NCBI GenBank assembly: GCA_028689735.1
Contig: JAQVCP010000007.1
Span: 20,962 to 84,961 of the forward strand
Source: Hespellia sp.
GTDB taxonomy: Bacteria; Bacillota; Clostridia; Lachnospirales; Lachnospiraceae
Direction of reading: 5' to 3'
Length of the DNA stretch: 64,000 bases
The position numbers and the translations under genes are program-made. The notes under the pieces were generated by a model. The model was not told the origin of the DNA and ran no database searches. It saw only the letters and a program-made list of their open reading frames with translations. This document shows, in pieces, positions 57,944-64,000 of this stretch. Each line of letters starts with the position of its first letter. Within the stretch, counting starts at the first letter, position 1.

Positions 57944-58266
57944 TTCTCATCACCAACCTTATTTGCAACTCTGATTGATGGTAAGATTTTTTCCACATCA
58001 GTGTGCGGACGAGGAATAACGTGCTGTGAGAAAACTTCTCCTACCTTCTCTGCTGCACATGCTCCAGCATCGACTGCAGCTTTTACAGCTCCCACATCGC
58101 CTCGTACCATTACAGTCACAAGACCTGAACCAATCTTCTCATATCCAATCAGAGATACATTTGCAGATTTTGTCATGGCATCGGATGCTTCAATCGCACC
58201 AACCAGGCCGTGAGTCTCAACCATACCTAATGCTTCACCAATCACTCTACCATTTGCTTCACTCAT
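57940..58266 (-). CDS. BMC hexamer shell protein (PduA/PduJ type)
   Basis: [37 protein letters not shown]. Confidence 0.95.
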   Translation of the reverse strand: MSEANGRVIGEALGMVETHGLVGAIEASDAMTKSANVSLIGYEKIGSGLVTVMVRGDVGAVKAAVDAGACAAEKVGEVFSQHVIPRPHTDVEKILPSIRVANKVGDEK

Positions 58267-58323
58267 ATATTGTCCTCCAAATGGCGCTTTCGCGCAACAC
58301 ATGATCTGCTACTATTCTTTTGT

Positions 58324-58995
58324 TTACTTTTTCTTATCGTCAGGCTTTTCTTCCTTCTTTTCTGCATTTTGTTTTGGTACTTCTACCTTTGGCTCATTCT
58401 GCTTCGTTGCCTCTGCCTTCGGTGCATTCTGTTTTGATGCTTCCGCTTTTGGAGCATTCTGTTTTGGTGCTTCTGCCTTTGGCATATTCTGCTTTGGTGC
58501 TTCTGCCTTTGGCGTATTCTGCTTTGCTGATTCTAACTTCGTTATATTTTGTTTTGCTTGTTCTGTCTTTGTTTCGCTTGGTTTTGGCACTTCAGCCTTT
58601 GCTTCAACTTTGGCAGGCTCAGCAGCCTTTACGGAAATCTTCTTGACCGATTTTACTTCTGTCTTCTTCGCATCTGCTTCCTCAGCAACTTTTTTTGGCT
58701 TTACACCGCCCACCGTCTGCTGATTATGAATGAGATGTTCAATGCCTTCTGCAGGTCTGGCAATCACCTTAAAGCTTGCAACTGTTCCCACTTTTCCTGC
58801 CGCAGACACTGCCGCTGCTACCGCTGCTTTTACAGCACCCACATCTCCTTCAACCTTGATCGTTGTCAATCCACTTCCCCTGGCTTGCTCATAACCAACC
58901 AGTTGAACATTGGCTGATTTCACAGCGGTGTCTGCTGCCTCTACCGCAGCCAACAGGCCATAGGTCTCAACAAGACCTAAACTCTTTTGGCTCAT
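58324..58995 (-). CDS. BMC hexamer shell protein with long repetitive C-terminal tail (PduK-like)
   Basis: BMC domain LGLVETYG...GDVGAVKAA...VIARP, then a K/E/A/P-rich tail. Confidence 0.9.
   Translation of the reverse strand: MSQKSLGLVETYGLLAAVEAADTAVKSANVQLVGYEQARGSGLTTIKVEGDVGAVKAAVAAAVSAAGKVGTVASFKVIARPAEGIEHLIHNQQTVGGVKPKKVAEEADAKKTEVKSVKKISVKAAEPAKVEAKAEVPKPSETKTEQAKQNITKLESAKQNTPKAEAPKQNMPKAEAPKQNAPKAEASKQNAPKAEATKQNEPKVEVPKQNAEKKEEKPDDKKK
58351..58560 (-). repeat. 30-bp (10-aa) tandem repeat, about 7 units, in the BMC tail
   Basis: KQNITKLESA KQNTPKAEAP KQNMPKAEAP KQNAPKAEAS KQNAPKAEAT KQNEPKVEVP KQNAE. Confidence 0.9.
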
Positions 58996-59369
58996 TGTCC
59001 CACCTCTCTTTCATCATCCAAAGATTTGAACGGAAGCTTTTTGACCAGACGTGCTGCATTGGCTCCCAACGCTCTTATCTGCCACTCCGGTGAACGGGAA
59101 GAGATTACAAACAATGGCCTGTCTTCCCCCATCTTTTCGTAACAGAGAACTAAAGTGCTGCTGTTAAAACCAATTCCAACGTCGAGTTTCGAAGATTCCG
59201 CAGCTTCCCACGCAAGTTCTGCTGCTACCTGCGTATCCTTTTCATAAAATTCAAAAGGTATACTTTCTTCTTCAATACCATACAGTAATTGTCTGAGTGT
59301 CTCCGCTCTACCATGATCACGGCTGGCAAAAATCATAATTGTAGGTTTGCTTTGCTTTCCCTGTCTCAT
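58992..59369 (-). CDS. pduH: Diol dehydratase reactivase small subunit
   Basis: LLYGIEEESIP, LDVGIG, RALGANAARLVKKLPF. Confidence 0.9.
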   Translation of the reverse strand: MRQGKQSKPTIMIFASRDHGRAETLRQLLYGIEEESIPFEFYEKDTQVAAELAWEAAESSKLDVGIGFNSSTLVLCYEKMGEDRPLFVISSRSPEWQIRALGANAARLVKKLPFKSLDDEREVGQ

Positions 59370-61192
59370 GATTCAAGCCCCCCTTCTGTCATCGATAGAA
59401 CAAGTCCTGTGGCTACGGCATTTCTCGGTCCTTCTGTACCACGGATATTTCCCCGTCCTGCTACCACCCTATATTGAGACAATGTATCCGTCACCTGCTG
59501 CGGTATTTCAAAGTCTAAGGAAGAACCTCCGACCAGAACCACAAATTGAATATCACGAATACTGCCTGTAGGACTAACCTTTGATAACGCTCTCACTGCA
59601 TTGGTGACAAATACTCTTTCTTTTGCATGTCGGCGGATATTACGAATCTGCTCCATATTTGCTTTTCCCTCAATCGGAATCATCTTTCCTTCTTTCAGGA
59701 TTACAATCTTGGCAAAAATAGATGGGTCAAGCGGCTCATCAAAAAATTCTGCCGTACCATTCTCATGGCGAATATGGAAGATACTCTCCACCTTGGCAAG
59801 CGGATACTTTTTAATATCCTCCGCCAGTTCAAAATCATCAAGTCCAAGCTCTGACTGTATAAGAAGTGTGACCATATTTCCGGCACCTGCCAGATGAATG
59901 GAATGTATCACACCCTCTTTGTTGATAATGGACGCATCTGTAGAACCAGCACCCATATCCAAAATAGCCAGAGGTTTTTCTGTACCTGGTGTGGTTAAAG
60001 CTCCGCGAATAGCCATATCAGCCTCCACTCCGCCAACCCTTACCGGCACATTAATCTTCTCTGAAAACTCTTTGGCAATTGCTTCCATTTGAAGTTTGTC
60101 GGCCTTTACCATCGCGGCAATACCGACAGCATTCTCTTCAGAAAATTCATTGGCAAGTCCCCCCTGCACTTTCTGTGGGGTAAATGTATCTACTGCCAGA
60201 AGATCCTGAATTTTGATATTCTGTGGGGTCTGCTTTGTCAGGTTCGCCATAACCTGACGGACTTTCTCCAGCATTCCACCTGCATTTGTTCCTGGCTCAC
60301 CTTTCACATCATCAATAGCATACACTGCAGAGACAGCATCCATAATCTTTTCAGCGCCATCATCTACATCTACCTTCATCGTTCGGCCAGCCGCCTTAAC
60401 TTCAATACTTCCCGCGGGAATCCGTCTCTCTTTCACCTCTCCGGCCGGAGTCTTGATTACCACGGCTGAGCGGTTTCCAATAAGTGCACGAGCAATCGGA
60501 ACCACCTGTCGCGTCTCATCGGAGGATAAATCAAATAAGGTTGCAATGCCATAAGGATTTGAGAGAACCTCTACGACACCTCCCGCACCGGCAACTTCCA
60601 CCGCTGCCCGCATACCAAGCGGAACCTTATCAATCAATGCAACCTCATCAACCACAGGAATCATATTTTGAAGCCGATTACAAATCAGCACACCGTCATC
60701 CCTCTGTACAACAGCCGCCCTAACACGTCTGCCGGATACTGTATTTCGATTAATAACTTCGGCTGCCACGGCAAAATCAATGCTCCGTGGAACCACCACA
60801 ATATAATCACCATTCAGGGGTGCTTCATCCAGCTCTGTAAGAAGAACCGTCTCACCCACACCCACACCCACACCACCCGGCGTTGCCGGATTATGTCCAA
60901 TCATGGTCGACTCTGTAATAATTGTTTCTGTGATGGTTTCCATGGCCACATCACCGATAACAGGCGCTGCCTCATTTAATCGCACCTCAGACAGATCTGA
61001 AATGCTCAGACCTGCCTTTTCCAGTGCATCCGACAATGAGTGAAAAATGCCATTTATATTCTGATGCGTTCCTTTTATACCGGTCGTCGGTACAATCCCG
61101 CTTGACAAAAACTCAACCTTCCCGTTTTCCAGACGCCCAAGGGCTGTCTCGGTGGTTGCATTGCCAATATCAATTCCAGCAATAATTTTCAT
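59366..61192 (-). CDS. pduG: Diol dehydratase reactivase large subunit
   Basis: IAGIDIGNATTE, NEAAPVIGDVAMETITET, LDMGAGSTDA, GPRNAVATGL. Confidence 0.95.
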   Translation of the reverse strand: MKIIAGIDIGNATTETALGRLENGKVEFLSSGIVPTTGIKGTHQNINGIFHSLSDALEKAGLSISDLSEVRLNEAAPVIGDVAMETITETIITESTMIGHNPATPGGVGVGVGETVLLTELDEAPLNGDYIVVVPRSIDFAVAAEVINRNTVSGRRVRAAVVQRDDGVLICNRLQNMIPVVDEVALIDKVPLGMRAAVEVAGAGGVVEVLSNPYGIATLFDLSSDETRQVVPIARALIGNRSAVVIKTPAGEVKERRIPAGSIEVKAAGRTMKVDVDDGAEKIMDAVSAVYAIDDVKGEPGTNAGGMLEKVRQVMANLTKQTPQNIKIQDLLAVDTFTPQKVQGGLANEFSEENAVGIAAMVKADKLQMEAIAKEFSEKINVPVRVGGVEADMAIRGALTTPGTEKPLAILDMGAGSTDASIINKEGVIHSIHLAGAGNMVTLLIQSELGLDDFELAEDIKKYPLAKVESIFHIRHENGTAEFFDEPLDPSIFAKIVILKEGKMIPIEGKANMEQIRNIRRHAKERVFVTNAVRALSKVSPTGSIRDIQFVVLVGGSSLDFEIPQQVTDTLSQYRVVAGRGNIRGTEGPRNAVATGLVLSMTEGGLES

Positions 61193-61219
61193 GGCATAGC
61201 CTCCTGATATCCTGCAGAC

Positions 61220-61726
61220 TTAATCCTTTTTCAGTCTGCCTCTCTTCTCGTAAACTTCGGCAGCTTCTCTTACCAACGCGGCAGATACGGCTGCCTTATA
61301 ACCGTCTAATTCATTCGCAATATCAAGCAGATCCTGCTTTGATGAACGATATGGACGAAGTGCGTTGTAAATTTCCAGCAACCGATCATCTGGAACTGCA
61401 ATCAATTCCGCTGCACGACGCAGATTACCTGCAAATGCTTCACGTCCCACGCTCTCAGCTACCTGAGCCTGCATCTCCAATGTCTCAGGTGCGATACGCA
61501 TATCTTCCGGTCCCAACTCTCCCTTCACTACCTTGTCGTAAGAGATGGAGTTGAATGGCTTGCCTGTTGGAGTCTTAAGCTTATCAGCCATCTTTTCAGA
61601 AAGTGGATAATTATCCGCCGTCACTTTGCCATTGGAGGCATATGACGACTTAGTTTCCGTAGAATCGTTTTGCATGGCTTTCATGACCTGTTCAACGATC
61701 TGCTTCATTAAAAGTTCTTGATCCAT
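61220..61726 (-). CDS. pduE: B12-dependent diol dehydratase small subunit
   Basis: DMRIAPETL.MQAQ, NLRRAAEL, YNALRPYRS. Confidence 0.95.
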   Translation of the reverse strand: MDQELLMKQIVEQVMKAMQNDSTETKSSYASNGKVTADNYPLSEKMADKLKTPTGKPFNSISYDKVVKGELGPEDMRIAPETLEMQAQVAESVGREAFAGNLRRAAELIAVPDDRLLEIYNALRPYRSSKQDLLDIANELDGYKAAVSAALVREAAEVYEKRGRLKKD

Positions 61727-61740
61727 GGTTCAATGCCTCC

Positions 61741-62409
61741 TTATTGGAAGTTGACTACAACAGCCTGTGGCTTTTTGTTGTTATCAACTAACTGTGTCTC
61801 TTTAATATGTAACAATGCGGACAATGCCTGATAAGTAGGACGTGCCATCTGGTCATTACGAACAGGAACCGGCGTAGGAGCCTCGCCCTTTGCGTACTTG
61901 GCAGCATTTTTACCTATCTGACGATATGTCTCCAAATCAATAAGCGGTGCTTGAGAAAACAGCTCCAGGTTACTCAACGGTGGCAAATCTTTCTGATGAA
62001 TAACCGTTGTTCCTTTGGACTGAATGCCGATACCAATACCGGAGCCGGAATATTCAGCCGCATCATGAGCTATAAAAGAAACGTCAGATGTGCGGTATAC
62101 TTTGATTACACGCCACTTGATTCCCTCTTCCTCAATACCTGCGATAATCTCGCGCAATACCTGATCATGTGCAAGATCTACAATTGTCTTTGTCTGTTCA
62201 CGGCCGAATGCCGGAGCAAGACCGATTACAACCTCATCTGTTGTAATACCTCTCTGGGCAACCCCCTGCTCTGTGAGCTGCATCTTGCCATTCGGCAATG
62301 ATGAAGCAGTGACAGATTGTGCAGCCGGTTCCGTAGAACTATCATCCAGATTCATTTCTTTCAGGACTTCTTCAATGATGCCCCGAAGCATATTTGCATC
62401 AAATGTCAT
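61741..62409 (-). CDS. pduD: B12-dependent diol dehydratase medium subunit
   Basis: [39 protein letters not shown]. Confidence 0.95.
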   Translation of the reverse strand: MTFDANMLRGIIEEVLKEMNLDDSSTEPAAQSVTASSLPNGKMQLTEQGVAQRGITTDEVVIGLAPAFGREQTKTIVDLAHDQVLREIIAGIEEEGIKWRVIKVYRTSDVSFIAHDAAEYSGSGIGIGIQSKGTTVIHQKDLPPLSNLELFSQAPLIDLETYRQIGKNAAKYAKGEAPTPVPVRNDQMARPTYQALSALLHIKETQLVDNNKKPQAVVVNFQ

Positions 62410-62425
62410 CTTCTATTCCTCCCAC

Positions 62426-64000
62426 TTAAATGTCTTCTGGACGAATGGCATTCGGAATATCGCTGATCTGCTTCCATCTTTCTTCGCTAATCTGATATCC
62501 TGTCATAGGTCCGTGATAGTCATTCGGCGTATTAACGGCAGACATAACATGGAACTGCTCGTCAAATATGGAAGCGGTATGTAAATAATCACCAGCGACC
62601 TTCTGTCGGAGCATAGCATAGACATTCTGCGCTACATCCGAGAATCCGGCTTTGTCGAGCGCTTTTACGAAATCTACACCTGTTACTTTGCGCGCCATCA
62701 TATCCTCAATGGCTTTCAGGTCTTCGTTTACATTTCTCTCCGGCATATCTTTGGAACCGTTGGCATATGTTGCAGCCTCCACTTCCTCGTCTGTAATAGC
62801 CGGGAGTCCCAGTTCGCGGAACATACCCTGCAGTGCACGGGCAGCTTTGTTACGAATCTTGATTACGTCTTCCTCTTGAACTGGCTGCAGACCACCATCC
62901 ACCTTCATATCACGCTGAATGATATTCCAGTCATCATAGTCTTCCGCATCCCAGTTAGAGCCTGCGAACATGTTGTCGTAGTTAGGAGTTGCAGAATATC
63001 CGGAGCAGATATAGTCTGTACCAGAGAAGAACTGTGGTACGCTACGAGCTACCCGGCGTAAATCTGAATGAGTAAAGGTCTGATCGTTCGATGTTGTGGA
63101 TTCCAGATCCAGAAGCATCGAAATCAGATTTTCTGCTGCAATTGCACGGATACCTGACGGTACAGCTGCCGGAACACCAACGCAGGAAACAGAACCATTC
63201 TGTGTTCCTTGAACACCGGCACCTTTTGTGACAGCAAGACAACGTGCTTCAAGATAAAGCATGGATTTTCCTTCAGCGTATCCCATCTGTACTTCGGAAC
63301 CTGTACCGGAAGTAAATCGCATCTTCAAGCCTCTGGATGCATAACAAGATGCTAAAAAAGCCTTTGAATAAGGTGTGTCATCACCATCCATAAATACTGG
63401 TTCTGTACCATATACGGAAATTGTCTCTGCATAAGTCGTAAAACCGCGCATACCAAGTTCCAGTTCTGTAGCTTCTTCCAAAGCACACTGTGTCATAACA
63501 CCTGGGCGTCCAACCTGCGCACCGACCATAAGACTCATGGCATTAAACGGAGCATAACGGGCGATACCAACTGTAGTTTCCATCTCTGCGAATCCACGAA
63601 TTCCAGCCTCTGCTGCATCTGCTGCAATCTGAACCGGGTTGTCACGTACATTCGTAACATGACACTGGTTCGCTGGTTGTTCACGCGCTCGCATCTTTGT
63701 CATACCCATCATAATTTCAACGATGGTCATCTTGCTCATTACTTCTGAGAGTTTTGCCGGTGTCAAACATAACGTCACATCCAGAACCTGCTTACGGGTA
63801 ACATTAATGTCAACGATCATTCTGGCAATATCCAGAGAATCTATAGCCATTGCGCGCTCTGCGCCATCCAGACGGATAGCATGGTCAGCAATGAATGTAT
63901 CCAGCATATCAAACTGCTCTCTTGTTTTTCCATCGAGCTCTGTGATCCTGCCATTCTCAATCTTGATACTAGGCTTAGGATCATTCGGGCCGTCCATAGC
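62426..64000 (-). CDS. pduC: B12-dependent diol dehydratase large subunit (5' end outside the window)
   Basis: PNDPKPSIKI, ETTVGIARYAP, QCALEEATEL, GSEVQMG, NDQTF. Confidence 0.97.
   Translation of the reverse strand, partial: AMDGPNDPKPSIKIENGRITELDGKTREQFDMLDTFIADHAIRLDGAERAMAIDSLDIARMIVDINVTRKQVLDVTLCLTPAKLSEVMSKMTIVEIMMGMTKMRAREQPANQCHVTNVRDNPVQIAADAAEAGIRGFAEMETTVGIARYAPFNAMSLMVGAQVGRPGVMTQCALEEATELELGMRGFTTYAETISVYGTEPVFMDGDDTPYSKAFLASCYASRGLKMRFTSGTGSEVQMGYAEGKSMLYLEARCLAVTKGAGVQGTQNGSVSCVGVPAAVPSGIRAIAAENLISMLLDLESTTSNDQTFTHSDLRRVARSVPQFFSGTDYICSGYSATPNYDNMFAGSNWDAEDYDDWNIIQRDMKVDGGLQPVQEEDVIKIRNKAARALQGMFRELGLPAITDEEVEAATYANGSKDMPERNVNEDLKAIEDMMARKVTGVDFVKALDKAGFSDVAQNVYAMLRQKVAGDYLHTASIFDEQFHVMSAVNTPNDYHGPMTGYQISEERWKQISDIPNAIRPEDI

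Noticed and set aside
60858-60882. CACACC microsatellite in pduG
   Set aside because: Simply encodes the conserved GGVGVGVG segment of the reactivase
295-63242. Many 60-200 aa ORFs antisense to or overlapping long genes (e.g. 18100-18978, 43363-43986, 52716-53309)
   Set aside because: Shadow ORFs of well-supported genes on the opposite strand; no RBS or recognisable motifs
1-64000. tRNA or rRNA genes
   Set aside because: No intergenic gap with cloverleaf or rRNA-like conserved sequence was recognised

Overview
Chromosomal window from a spore-forming anaerobic Firmicute; gene content is Lachnospiraceae/Clostridiales-like (inference). Almost all genes lie on the minus strand. From left to right: (1) a NifI1/NifI2-like P-II pair heading a taurine/sulfonate/nitrate-type ABC transporter, behind a leader with two terminators and an ANTAR-like hairpin; (2) a MecA_N-type class B PBP; (3) a mosaic accessory region (about 5.8-15.5 kb) with two XRE/membrane modules, gene remnants, an ABC exporter and a run of small same-strand genes joined by recurring short junction motifs and hairpins, which looks cassette-like although no integrase is in the window; (4) a nucleoside salvage operon (udp, cdd, deoB, BMP, ABC) with two frameshifts, preceded by a uridine kinase-Crp/Fnr fusion gene; (5) an apparently AT-richer block encoding a Zn-ribbon/TPR/TIR/ankyrin protein, an SPFH-SHOCT protein, a HerA/FtsK/VirB4-type ATPase and a very acidic small protein, the best candidate here for an undescribed defence or stress system; (6) a MerR-permease fusion ABC operon with a 19-bp-spacer promoter; (7) spoIIAA-spoIIAB-sigF-spoVAC, a TPR protein, folC, an LTA synthase and valS; (8) most of a B12-dependent propanediol utilisation microcompartment (pdu) locus, which runs off the right edge inside pduC. 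No rRNA, tRNA, CRISPR array or intact transposase/integrase was recognised. All family assignments come from motif recognition by eye, not from database searches.
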